Shown piece by piece: positions 1-9,222 of a stretch of DNA of 64,000 bases. A program made the translations under genes and the position numbers. Every line of letters starts with the position of its first letter. The first letter of the stretch is position 1. The notes beneath the pieces were generated by a model. The model searched no databases. It was not told where the DNA came from and saw only the letters and a list, made by a program, of their open reading frames with translations. The DNA is from Bacillota bacterium (lineage in GTDB: Bacteria > Bacillota > Clostridia > Tissierellales > MES13), in NCBI GenBank assembly GCA_009711785.1, contig VENA01000068.1, positions 10,067 to 74,066 on the forward strand. Reading direction: 5' to 3'.

Positions 1-1332
1 GAATTATCAAAGAAAAGATGGTGGAGACAAAGATTACAAGCTGAAAGTATGTTAGTTTTAGAAAAAAATAATGTTAAAGATAAAAGTAATAAAGATCTGT
101 TAAAATGGGCAGTAGCTAAAGATTCAATTTATCTAAATTCTTATCTAAAATTGATAATAAGGATATTACCTATAATTACAGTAATTACATTTATATTATC
201 AATTAATGATTATATTACATTTAAGTTACCATTGTTACTTATTACTATGCAATTTTTAATGCTTTTAGCAAATGCAAAAGAAATTAGTAAACAATTTGAT
301 TTAGTTTTTAAATATAAAAATAGTATAAAAGCATATGAAAAAATTATTGATCATTTTGAAAAAGGTAACTTTAAATCCCAATACATAATGAATTTAAAAG
401 ATAAGCTAAGAAATGAAGACGGTTTAATAGCCAGTAGACAACTAAAAAATTTAGATAAATTAGTAGAAAGAACTTTATATAGAAAAAATATGTTGTTTTT
501 TCCTATAAACATAATAACACTTTGGGATTATCAGTGCATGATTAAATTAGAGCAATGGAAAAAACAATCAGGATTAAGTATAAAGAGTTGGTTAGATGTA
601 ATAGGGGAAATTGAAGCACTTTCTAGTTTAGCTATTATAGATTATGATAATCCTAAATGGATAAAACCAACTATAACAGATAAAAGATCTGTTTTAAATG
701 CAAAACATTTAGGTCATCCACTATTAACTAATAAAAGAGTATGTAACGATATTAACATAGATAACCCAACTAAAATATTATTAATAACAGGTTCTAATAT
801 GTCAGGTAAAAGCACATTGTTAAGAACTGTTGGTATTAATTTAGTACTTGCATATTCTGGTGCAGTTGTTTGTGCTAAATATTTGAGATGTTCAATTATG
901 GATATACAAACTTGTATGAGAACTAGTGATAATTTAGAAAGAGGGATATCTTCATTCTATGCAGAATTACAAAGAATTAAATTAATAATTAATGAATCAA
1001 AAAAGGACAAAGAAGTATTTTTTTTACTAGATGAGATATTTAAGGGCACAAATTCCTATGACCGTCATATAGGTGCTAAAATGGTAATGAAACAATTACT
1101 TAAAAATAAAGCTATGGGATTAGTATCAACCCATGATTTAGAATTAGGAGACTTAGAAAAGGAGAGTAAAGGTAAAATTAAGAACTATCATTTTCAAGAA
1201 AATTATAAAAATAATAATATATATTTTGATTACAAGCTTAGTAATGGAATTTCTAAAACAAGAAATGCACTGTATCTTATTAAAATGGCTGGAATTGATA
1301 TAGACGAAGAGATTAATGTAGGTGATAAGTAA
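1..1332 (+). CDS. MutS-related ABC-type ATPase (MutS domain V only), membrane-associated paralog; 5' end cut by window edge
   Basis: The frame of ORF 49..1332 stays open back to nt 1. Walker A ITGSNMSGKSTLLRTVG, Walker B FFLLDEIFKGTNSYDR, VSTHDLEL motif. Two hydrophobic helices (IIRILPIITVITFILS, LPLLLITMQFLMLLA) lie N-terminal of the ATPase. No mismatch-binding or Smr part is visible in the window. Confidence 0.8.
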   Translation, partial: ELSKKRWWRQRLQAESMLVLEKNNVKDKSNKDLLKWAVAKDSIYLNSYLKLIIRILPIITVITFILSINDYITFKLPLLLITMQFLMLLANAKEISKQFDLVFKYKNSIKAYEKIIDHFEKGNFKSQYIMNLKDKLRNEDGLIASRQLKNLDKLVERTLYRKNMLFFPINIITLWDYQCMIKLEQWKKQSGLSIKSWLDVIGEIEALSSLAIIDYDNPKWIKPTITDKRSVLNAKHLGHPLLTNKRVCNDINIDNPTKILLITGSNMSGKSTLLRTVGINLVLAYSGAVVCAKYLRCSIMDIQTCMRTSDNLERGISSFYAELQRIKLIINESKKDKEVFFLLDEIFKGTNSYDRHIGAKMVMKQLLKNKAMGLVSTHDLELGDLEKESKGKIKNYHFQENYKNNNIYFDYKLSNGISKTRNALYLIKMAGIDIDEEINVGDK

Positions 1333-2228
1333 TGGATAAAGAGCAATTAAATGAAAGTAATATTGGACGTTTTATCACATTAAATAATCAATTATCCTAT
1401 ATAGATCCATATGTATTAAAGAAAACAAAAGAAATATTTTTAGAAGAAAATCAATATAAGTTAAAAAAAGGGAATTTATTAATCTTTGTATTAACACATA
1501 AAAAAGAAGATATTGGGTTTATTAAATTCCAATGTAAAAATAAAAATATTTTTATTGATAAATTGTTTGTAAAAAAGAATTATCGAGACTTTGAAGCATA
1601 TGAGATGTTATTAAACATAAATGATATATTTACTGAAAATAGAAATTTCAAGTCTATAAAGTATATTGGAGTTAACGATAAACCTAGATTAATAGATGCT
1701 TTAAAATTCCATGGTTTTTTTATGGAAAAGGAACATATACAGATGGAAAAAATCTTGTCTGATAAACATGAAAATAAAAATTTTGATCTTTTTAAAAAAT
1801 CTTTTCATGAAGTTAAAGATAAAAAGTGGATATATAATTTTATGAAAGAATGTATGATACCAGTCAAATTTAATTATAGTTATGAAGAAATAATACAAAT
1901 TACAAAAGATAGTGATGATCTAAAGCTTATTTTTTATAAAGAGAATAAACCCTTAGGATTTATTATAGCCCATATAAATGAACAAAGAAATAAACAACAA
2001 AATAAAAAGGTGATATACATTGAAGAAGTGGGAATATTTAAACGATTTAGAAATAAAGGATATGGAAAACAAATAATAAAATTTATTATTAATAAAGGTG
2101 AAGACAAAGGAATGGAATTAGCTAGATTACATGTTTATAGAGATAATGAAGTGGCATATAAAATATATAAGAAATTAGGGTTTTCTAAAGTGAAAAGTAT
2201 AGGACACTGGATAAATAGAAGTTTTTAA
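1332..2228 (+). CDS. GNAT family N-acetyltransferase (two-lobed, N-terminal half degenerate)
   Basis: GNAT motif A in the C-terminal half (VGIFKRFRNKGYGKQIIKFI .. AYKIYKKLGF). The ATG overlaps the upstream TAA by 1 nt (TAATG). Confidence 0.8.
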   Translation: MDKEQLNESNIGRFITLNNQLSYIDPYVLKKTKEIFLEENQYKLKKGNLLIFVLTHKKEDIGFIKFQCKNKNIFIDKLFVKKNYRDFEAYEMLLNINDIFTENRNFKSIKYIGVNDKPRLIDALKFHGFFMEKEHIQMEKILSDKHENKNFDLFKKSFHEVKDKKWIYNFMKECMIPVKFNYSYEEIIQITKDSDDLKLIFYKENKPLGFIIAHINEQRNKQQNKKVIYIEEVGIFKRFRNKGYGKQIIKFIINKGEDKGMELARLHVYRDNEVAYKIYKKLGFSKVKSIGHWINRSF

Positions 2229-2283
2229 AAACGAGGTAAATCTTTAAAGATTGACATAGATTTATAAAAAATAAAAATAACTA

Positions 2284-2312
2284 TTGACTAATAAAGAGTT
2301 AACGTGTAGAAT
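2284..2312 (+). promoter_or_regulatory. sigma-A type promoter of the glycine riboswitch/agcS unit
   Basis: TTGACT (2284-2289), 17-nt spacer, TAGAAT (2307-2312), about 25 nt upstream of the riboswitch. Confidence 0.55.
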
Positions 2313-2337
2313 ATATATACAAATTGATTAAGAGTGG

Positions 2338-2528
2338 ATGAAGATTATTGGAGATATTCTTAAAGGATACCGGAGAAGCAAGAAATGGACTATGCTATTG
2401 TCTATTACGAAACTTTCAGGGCTTATACAATAATCGGACACACCCCTGGAGAGACCCTTTAATTAAGGGCATCGACGGAGAAACTTACAGCTAATGTAAG
2501 GAAGCTTTCAGATAAAAGGACAGGGTGA
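2338..2528 (+). promoter_or_regulatory. Tandem glycine riboswitch (two aptamers)
   Basis: Aptamer 1: GGAGA..CCGGAGAAGCAA..GAAACTTTCAGGGC..CGGACA. Aptamer 2: CCTGGAGAGACCC..GGGCATCGACGGAGAAAC..AAGCTTTCAGATAAAAGGACAGGG. Both match the conserved glycine-aptamer cores (CUGGAGAG / CCGAAGGAGCAA / CUCAGGCAAAAGGACAG). It lies upstream of an alanine/glycine symporter, a classic context. Confidence 0.85.
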
Positions 2529-2575
2529 AAAGTAGCAATGATTTTATCATGCTATTTTTCACCTTGTCCTTTTTG
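2514..2575 (+). terminator. Intrinsic terminator (expression platform of the glycine riboswitch)
   Basis: AAGGACAGGGTGAAAA pairs with TTTTCACCTTGTCCTT (one G-U) and is followed by a T-run. The left arm overlaps the 3' side of aptamer 2. Confidence 0.8.
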
Positions 2576-2737
2576 TGTTGCAATAATATACATATATATT
2601 CACTATTAAGTATATTTATAAATATTTTGTATTATAAAAAAATTATAATTTATTAATAAAAGGAGGTGAGTGTTAGATAATTTTAACTTGAAAACGTATT
2701 CTTAACAATAATTACAAACTTATGAGGAGGGTTTATC

Positions 2738-4081
2738 ATGGAAAATGTTTTATCATTATTTAAATCAATAAGCAACTTTTTATGGGGAACGCCATTATTA
2801 GTATTATTATTAGGAACTGGAATTTTCATGTCTCTTAGATTGAAAGGATTACAGCTAAAAAAGTTAACTACTTCAGTTAAATTTTTATTTCAAAAAAATG
2901 AAGGTGATGGAGATATAACTGCTTTTCAGGCATTGGCTACAGCCCTTGCAGCTTCAATAGGTACCGGAAATATTGTAGGGGTCACAACTGCAATAGCAGC
3001 AGGCGGACCTGGAGCATTATTTTGGATGTGGGTTACAGCATTATTTGGAATGGCTACTAAATACTCTGAAGCAGTTTTAGCTATTAAATATAGAGTTAAA
3101 AAAGAAGATGGAGAGGTAGCAGGAGGACCTATGTATTATATAGAAAGGGGTCTTGGTCAAAAATGGTTAGGTGTATTATTTGCAACTTTTGCAGCAATTG
3201 CTGCTTTAGGAATAGGTAATGCTGTTCAAGCAAACTCAATAGCAGGTGCTTTAAAACAAAACTTTAATATTTCACCTATGATTACTGGTATAGTTCTTGC
3301 TGCTTTAACAGGTTTTGTTATTCTTGGAGGAATTAAAAAAATAGGTAAAGTTACAGAAATTATGGTACCCTTTATGGCAGGAGGATATATACTAGGATGT
3401 GTTGTAGTATTAGCATTAAATATATCTTCTATACCAGCAGCTTTTGGACTTATATTTAAGCAAGCATTTACCGGAACTGCAGCAGTTGGAGGTTTTGCAG
3501 GTTCAACAATTAGAGTGGCTTTACAAAAGGGTGTCTCAAGAGGGATATTTTCAAATGAGTCAGGTCTTGGTAGTGCACCTATAGCACAGGCTGCTGCTCA
3601 GACTGAAGCTCCAGCACAACAAGGTTTGGTTGCTATGTTAGATACTTTCATAGATACTATAATTGTTTGTACTTTCACTGGATTAGTTATAATCACAACT
3701 GGAGCATGGCAAAGTGGGTTAGACGGAGCAGCACTTACAACAAAGGCTTTTAACCAAGGGCTACCTGGACCTGGAGGATATATAGTTGCATTTGGAATTT
3801 TATTTTTCGCATTTTCTACAATTTTAGGATGGAGTTATTATGGAGAAAAATGTTTAGAATATCTTACTGGTAGTTGGATAGTAAAATACTATAGAATATT
3901 ATGGGTTATAATGGCTGGACTTGGTGCGGTTATAAACCTAGAATTAGTATGGAGTGTTTCTGATGTAATGAATGCATTAATGGCATTACCAAACTTAGTA
4001 GGAATTATCGGCTTAAGTGGAGTCGTAGTAAAAGAGACAAAGGATTATTGGGAAAGAAAAAAGGAAAAAGAAGCAGCATAA
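2738..4081 (+). CDS. agcS: Sodium:alanine (amino acid carrier, AGCS family) symporter
   Basis: Multi-TM protein with the AGCS-family signature region (ALATALAASIGTGNIVGVTTAIAAGGPGALFWMW). SD GAGGAGG 7 nt upstream. Glycine riboswitch in the leader. Confidence 0.9.
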   Translation: MENVLSLFKSISNFLWGTPLLVLLLGTGIFMSLRLKGLQLKKLTTSVKFLFQKNEGDGDITAFQALATALAASIGTGNIVGVTTAIAAGGPGALFWMWVTALFGMATKYSEAVLAIKYRVKKEDGEVAGGPMYYIERGLGQKWLGVLFATFAAIAALGIGNAVQANSIAGALKQNFNISPMITGIVLAALTGFVILGGIKKIGKVTEIMVPFMAGGYILGCVVVLALNISSIPAAFGLIFKQAFTGTAAVGGFAGSTIRVALQKGVSRGIFSNESGLGSAPIAQAAAQTEAPAQQGLVAMLDTFIDTIIVCTFTGLVIITTGAWQSGLDGAALTTKAFNQGLPGPGGYIVAFGILFFAFSTILGWSYYGEKCLEYLTGSWIVKYYRILWVIMAGLGAVINLELVWSVSDVMNALMALPNLVGIIGLSGVVVKETKDYWERKKEKEAA

Positions 4082-4090
4082 AAGTTTTAA

Positions 4091-4124
4091 GGCTAGGATG
4101 AATTTAATCCTAGTCTTACTTTTA
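4091..4124 (+). terminator. Probable intrinsic terminator after agcS
   Basis: GGCTAGGAT / ATCCTAGTC stem followed by a T-rich tract. Confidence 0.45.
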
Positions 4125-4316
4125 TTATTATATTTTCATTTTTAGATAAATAACTACTATTCTAGGTTTGAATTAGTAATTCTTTTACGACAAATTATGA
4201 CAAACTATATATTAATATTAATATATAATTATGTCATGTTAGATAATTATGAATTTTATTTGAAAGAATATAGATTAATTTAGAGCTTTATAAACAATAA
4301 GGGGGATTAAAAGATT

Positions 4317-5060
4317 TTGGAAGATTACAGTCTAAGAAAAAATTTTAGTATTGTCAATGAATGTTTAAAAAAAGAAATTGAAAAAGTCCGAAAAAAACTA
4401 AATAATTTAGTTATTGAGAAAAATATGCTTGATTTAGAAGTTCTCAGATTAAGTGAGTATCTTGATGAGTTAATAGTTCAGTATAAGAAAGTACATAAAG
4501 AGGATTGTTTTGTGAATTTATCTAATGTATCCGGTATTCATTCAACCTTTTATTACTATGGTAAAAACCATTTGTTTCCTAATATGATTAAGTATATTAA
4601 TTGTGGAATTAAAAATAATGAAATGATTTATATTTCTATGAAGCCTGACTTATATAATGAATTACTAGATAATTTATTATCTTTTGAAATATCTAATGAC
4701 AATATTAAATTTTCTTCTGTAAAGGAATTAATTGCAAGTAATAAAATTGGTGGAATAGATGGTTTAAAGGAAAAAATTAGAGGTTTATCTGAAGAAATAT
4801 TAAATAAAGGATATAATGGAGTACGATGGATTGGACAACCTACATATGCAATAGAAGAAACTTCAAAAGATGATTTTTTAAATTGGGAAGTGAATTTAAC
4901 AGAGTCATTAAAAAATACAAAAGCTTCAATTATTTGTATTTATGACTTTTATGATTATATGAGAGAAAAAAAAGTTATTGATAAGCAAGTAATTGATGAA
5001 TCCTATAATACACATTCCCATGTATTAAATAAATTTAATTTAAAAAAGAGTGGTAATTAA
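4317..5060 (+). CDS. Spo0E-like aspartyl-phosphate phosphatase motif fused to a MEDS-like sensory domain (putative)
   Basis: TTG start 10 nt after GGGGGA. The N-terminus IEKVRKKLNNLV..EVLRLSEYLDELIVQYKK fits the Spo0E-family helix-hairpin pattern (SxxLDxLIxxY). The rest (GIHSTFYYYGKNHLFPNMIKYINCGIKNNEMIYIS .. GVRWIGQPTY .. SIICIYDF) resembles the MEDS domain pattern (H..Y.. / ..Gl..ne..lyv / lRvvGE / lC.Yd). Confidence 0.55.
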   Translation: MEDYSLRKNFSIVNECLKKEIEKVRKKLNNLVIEKNMLDLEVLRLSEYLDELIVQYKKVHKEDCFVNLSNVSGIHSTFYYYGKNHLFPNMIKYINCGIKNNEMIYISMKPDLYNELLDNLLSFEISNDNIKFSSVKELIASNKIGGIDGLKEKIRGLSEEILNKGYNGVRWIGQPTYAIEETSKDDFLNWEVNLTESLKNTKASIICIYDFYDYMREKKVIDKQVIDESYNTHSHVLNKFNLKKSGN

Positions 5061-5094
5061 ATATATTATTTTATTAGTTATTGTTTTTAATTAA

Positions 5095-5262
5095 TATTTT
5101 ACTCAGGCACTACCCCTTGGATATATAGGTGCTAAAGTTTTTAATCTTCCAGTGTATATTATTTATTTAATTATATCCTTTGAAGAATTATTAGAGGTTG
5201 GATTTGCAATAAAAAGATTAAGGTCTAAAAAATGGCTTAATAATGTAGTTAAAGGAATATAA
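5095..5262 (+). pseudogene. Remnant of the C-terminus of a MATE family efflux transporter
   Basis: The frame reads TQALPLGYIGAKVFNLPVYIIYLIISFEELLEVGFAIKRLRSKKWLNNVVKGI*, a typical last TM helix plus the basic K/R-x-KKW tail of MATE proteins. There is no start codon and the frame opens only at 5095. Confidence 0.6.
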
Positions 5263-5284
5263 AATATAGATAAAAGAGGTTACT

Positions 5285-6223
5285 ATGAAGGATAAATTTA
5301 TTAAAGCATTAGAAGCTAATGATTTACTTGAGCTTCAAAAAGTAAATAAAAGTGATTTGCATAATCATGGTACAAGGGGCGGTAACATTAAATATATAGA
5401 AAAATGTTATGGAAGGAGTATATCTAGGCTAAAATTTAAATTTAAAAATCTAAATGAAATGCAAAAATGGTATACTAAAAATATTAAATCTGTTTGCATA
5501 GGTACTATGGGTTATGAAAAGCGTATAGAAGCTGCATTTACTCAAGCTAGAAATGATGGTGTTAAAGTCCTTAGTATGAGTTTTGGATATGATGAATCAA
5601 TTTTTTATAACTATTCCATTGAAAAATGGATAAATGTATTAAAAACTATCCATAAAAAAATAGCTCCAAATGTTTTTTTTATACCTGAATTGGGTTTTGA
5701 AAGGGGAATAAAAGGTCATAGAGCTATGGAAATACTAGATATGGTTTCAGAGTATGAATATTTTAAGTCTATTGACTTGTACGGAAATGAATTTTCTTTA
5801 CCTATAGGTGATTATAAAAAATTATATAAAAAAGCAAAGGATAAAGGAATGATTTTAAAAGCCCATGTTGGTGAATTTGGAGAAGCTGAGTCAATTAAAG
5901 AAGCAGTAGAAGAATTAGAACTTGACCAGGTTCAACATGGAATTTCTGCAATAAATTCAAAAAAAGTGATGAAGTATCTAGCAGATAATGAAATACAACT
6001 TAATATTTGTCCAACAAGTAATGTTTTTCTTAGTATTGTAAAGGACTATAAAAGTCATCCAATAAGAAAACTCTACGATAATGGCATTAAAGTAACGATA
6101 AATACAGATGATATGATTATTTTTAATAAAAGTGTATCTGAAGAGTTTCTTAACTTATATAATGAAAAAATATTTAATGGTGAAGAATTAAATAATATAA
6201 GAGAAAATGGTTTAAATATTTAG
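5285..6223 (+). CDS. Adenosine/adenine deaminase family metallo-hydrolase
   Basis: Metal and catalytic motifs appear in the canonical order: DLHNHG, AHVGEFG, QHG, INTDD. SD AAAGAGG. Confidence 0.75.
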   Translation: MKDKFIKALEANDLLELQKVNKSDLHNHGTRGGNIKYIEKCYGRSISRLKFKFKNLNEMQKWYTKNIKSVCIGTMGYEKRIEAAFTQARNDGVKVLSMSFGYDESIFYNYSIEKWINVLKTIHKKIAPNVFFIPELGFERGIKGHRAMEILDMVSEYEYFKSIDLYGNEFSLPIGDYKKLYKKAKDKGMILKAHVGEFGEAESIKEAVEELELDQVQHGISAINSKKVMKYLADNEIQLNICPTSNVFLSIVKDYKSHPIRKLYDNGIKVTINTDDMIIFNKSVSEEFLNLYNEKIFNGEELNNIRENGLNI

Positions 6224-6387
6224 AATATATTTGAAACTTATAAAAATTGGCAACCATAGATGATATTAATCTAAATGTAGTCAAAAAGGGCACCTTTGTG
6301 TCCTATTTTTATTGTTAACCTCTTTTCTTAGAAGGGGAAAGGAGAATATGTGTAGAAGAATATTTGTAAGATTAAAGGAGGTTTAGT

Positions 6388-8010
6388 ATGAAACAGTTGG
6401 CAGATAAATTATTTTATAATTGCAATATAATTTCCATGGAGAATAAAAGAATAGATTTTTTTGTAATAAAAGATGGGTTAATAATTAAAACTGGGAATAA
6501 TGATGAATTAAATGAATGGAAAGTAAAATCTAAAGAAATTATAGATTTAGATAAAAAGACAGTACTTCCTGGTTTTATAGATTCACATATGCATCTTTTA
6601 TCCTACGGAATAAAAAAGGAAAAACAAGTAGATTTAAAGAATGTTGAAACTATTGATGAATTGATAAATAAAGTGAAAAAATTTATTAAAGAAAAGAATA
6701 TTAAACCTGGTGAATGGATAGTAGGAGCTGGTTGGAATCATGAGAAGTTTCCCTTTAAAAGAATGCCAACTAGATATGATTTAGATAAAGTTTCTAAAGA
6801 AAATCCATTGTTTTTTTATAGAACTTGCTATCATATATGCTGTGTTAATAGTAAAGCTTTGAAGGTTGCTAAAATAAACGACAAAACTAAAGTACCTGAA
6901 GGAGGTAATATTGATATAGACAAAGAAGGTAAACCTACAGGAATAATTAGGGAAAATGCTATTGACTTAATAAATAAATCAATACCTGTTATAGATGATA
7001 AAGAAGAAATAAAAAAAATAATTAAAAAAAGCTGTAAAGATTTATCTAAGGTTGGAATAACAACTGTACATACTGATGATTTTTCCTACGTTAAAGATAG
7101 AAAAACACTTTTAAAAGCTTTAAAGGAATTAGAAAATGAAGGAAAGTTACCTGTTAGAATAATCCTACAATTAAGAGCATCTGATATGGATGATTTGAAT
7201 TTTTATAAGGATTTAAAGATGCAATCTTGGCAAGGTAGTGATAAATTAAGATATGGTCCAATAAAAATTATAGGGGATGGATCACTGGGATCTAGAACAG
7301 CAGCATTAAATAAACCATACAATGATGAATTAGATAACAAAGGAATACTTACAATAGAACCTAAAAAATTAAGTGAAATTATAACTATTGCTTTTAAAAA
7401 TAAATTTGCTATAGCTGTACATGCCATAGGGGATAGGATTACTGATATTGTTTTAGACATTTATAAAAAGAATATTACTCTTATAAGTAAAAAAGGGTTG
7501 AGACCTTCAATAATACATTGTCAAATTTCTAGTGAAGATATTATAAATAAATTTAAGGAAAATAATATTATAGCAAACATACAACCTATATTTTTAAATA
7601 CTGACTGGACTATGGTAGAAAAAAGGGTTGGTAAAAAAAGAGCGAAATATAGTTACTGTTGGAAAAAGTATTTAGAAAGAGGAGTTCTTTGTGTAGGAGG
7701 ATCAGATGCTCCCATTGAACCTTTTGATCCAATTTATGGTATATACTCAGCAGTAGTTAGAAAGGATTTAAAAGGCTTTCCAAAGGATGGTTGGCAATCA
7801 GAAGAAAGGTTATCAGTTGATGATGCTATAAAACTATTTACATATAACTCAGCCTTTTTATCAAAGGAAGAGAATATTAAGGGAAGTATAAGGGAAGGAA
7901 AATATGCAGATTTTATCGTACTATCAGAAAATATAAAAGAAATAAATAAAGATAAAATTAAGGATATAAAAATAAATAAAACCTATGTTGGAGGCAAGAG
8001 AGTTTTTTAA
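6388..8010 (+). CDS. Amidohydrolase family protein (YtcJ-like, Amidohydro_3)
   Basis: GFIDSHMHLL metal-binding motif, HAIGD, GGSDAP near the C-terminus, about 540 aa. SD AAAGGAGG. Confidence 0.8.
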   Translation: MKQLADKLFYNCNIISMENKRIDFFVIKDGLIIKTGNNDELNEWKVKSKEIIDLDKKTVLPGFIDSHMHLLSYGIKKEKQVDLKNVETIDELINKVKKFIKEKNIKPGEWIVGAGWNHEKFPFKRMPTRYDLDKVSKENPLFFYRTCYHICCVNSKALKVAKINDKTKVPEGGNIDIDKEGKPTGIIRENAIDLINKSIPVIDDKEEIKKIIKKSCKDLSKVGITTVHTDDFSYVKDRKTLLKALKELENEGKLPVRIILQLRASDMDDLNFYKDLKMQSWQGSDKLRYGPIKIIGDGSLGSRTAALNKPYNDELDNKGILTIEPKKLSEIITIAFKNKFAIAVHAIGDRITDIVLDIYKKNITLISKKGLRPSIIHCQISSEDIINKFKENNIIANIQPIFLNTDWTMVEKRVGKKRAKYSYCWKKYLERGVLCVGGSDAPIEPFDPIYGIYSAVVRKDLKGFPKDGWQSEERLSVDDAIKLFTYNSAFLSKEENIKGSIREGKYADFIVLSENIKEINKDKIKDIKINKTYVGGKRVF

Positions 8011-8129
8011 TCTTCAGAGTGCTACATTTAGAAATCATAAAGAAATATATATATGATATCTTCCTTAATGAATGCAATAAATCAAATGTTTTTATTATTT
8101 AGGGAAAAATAAAAAGTATTAGTACTTAA

Positions 8130-8174
8130 AAAAGCTTTCATTATTCTAAAAGTATGAGAAATAATGAAAGCTTT
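8130..8174. terminator. Bidirectional terminator between convergent genes
   Basis: Perfect 14-bp stem AAAGCTTTCATTAT / ATAATGAAAGCTTT flanked by A-run and T-run. Confidence 0.7.
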
Positions 8175-8210
8175 GTTTATTAGAGAGTTAGAAATAAAAA
8201 TTAAAACTTA

Positions 8211-9020
8211 TTAAAGTTGCTGTTCGTCTTCATTAATTAAATCTTTATATTTAATAATGGCTTCAGATATTGCCCTAGCACATTTATTTTTACCCTCTAA
8301 AGATTTTAAATATTTAGTATCTTTAGTATTACTTAGATAACCTAATTCTATAAGTACTGATGTGGCGTATGTATTTTTTAGAACATAAAGTTTTTTCTCG
8401 GATTCATATTTTAAACCTCTATTTTCTGTAAAGTTAATCATACTAAGATTATTATTTATAAATTTTGCTAATTTTTCATCTTTAGTATCTTTAAACCTAC
8501 ACCAAACTTCAGAACCTCTAATATTAGGAGAATCATCATAATAGTTACAATGTATTGAAACAAAAATGTCAGCATTATTCTTATTAGATATATCACACCT
8601 TCCCTTTAAGGAATCAGATTGACTTTTCCAAGGAGTAGTATCATCCTTTCTGGTGTATATGACATTTATATCTTCTTTTTCTAATATTTGACCAATCTTA
8701 AGAGATATATCTAAAGCTATATCTTTTTCAAAAGCATTTAAATTTTCATTATAAGTCCCATTATCATACTCTCCGTGACCAGCATCTATACATACTGTAA
8801 ATCTATCTTCAGATAATAAAGGTTTTAGTGAGGTATTACTTTCTGTTTTAGAATTTGATTTATTATTACAACTTCTTATTAAAAGAATAGAACATATCAA
8901 AATTAGAAGGAATAATAAGCTAAAAAATCGCCTGCGTCGTTTTCTTCTAGCAATTCTTCTTTTCTTTCTTAAACGAATTCGTCTATTTATTTCTTCAGAA
9001 GTAAGTTGTTTATATTGCAA
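8211..9020 (-). CDS. N-acetylmuramoyl-L-alanine amidase (Amidase_3), membrane anchored
   Basis: CIDAGHG..DNG and FVSIHCN zinc-ligand motifs, LIELGYLSN. Highly basic N-terminus followed by one TM helix. TTG start with SD AAGGAGA. Confidence 0.8.
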   Translation of the reverse strand: MQYKQLTSEEINRRIRLRKKRRIARRKRRRRFFSLLFLLILICSILLIRSCNNKSNSKTESNTSLKPLLSEDRFTVCIDAGHGEYDNGTYNENLNAFEKDIALDISLKIGQILEKEDINVIYTRKDDTTPWKSQSDSLKGRCDISNKNNADIFVSIHCNYYDDSPNIRGSEVWCRFKDTKDEKLAKFINNNLSMINFTENRGLKYESEKKLYVLKNTYATSVLIELGYLSNTKDTKYLKSLEGKNKCARAISEAIIKYKDLINEDEQQL

Positions 9021-9222
9021 AGAATCATCTCCTTAAGTATGGAATGATTTAATTTAAAATTAGATTAAAATTAAATAGATTAACGAATCTAGTATACATC
9101 CATTACCATTAAGTGTCAACTAGATTAGTAAAAGTAAAAAGTGTATAATTAGGCTGTTTAATTTATGTATAATATAATATAATAAAATTAAAATTCTTTA
9201 TTTGAATATAGGAGGTGTAATT

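Noticed and set aside
4185-4194. Spo0A-box-like sequence (TTACGACAAA, complement TGTCGTA) upstream of the Spo0E-like gene
   Set aside because: It is a single 6/7 match to TGTCGAA in AT-rich DNA and is expected by chance.
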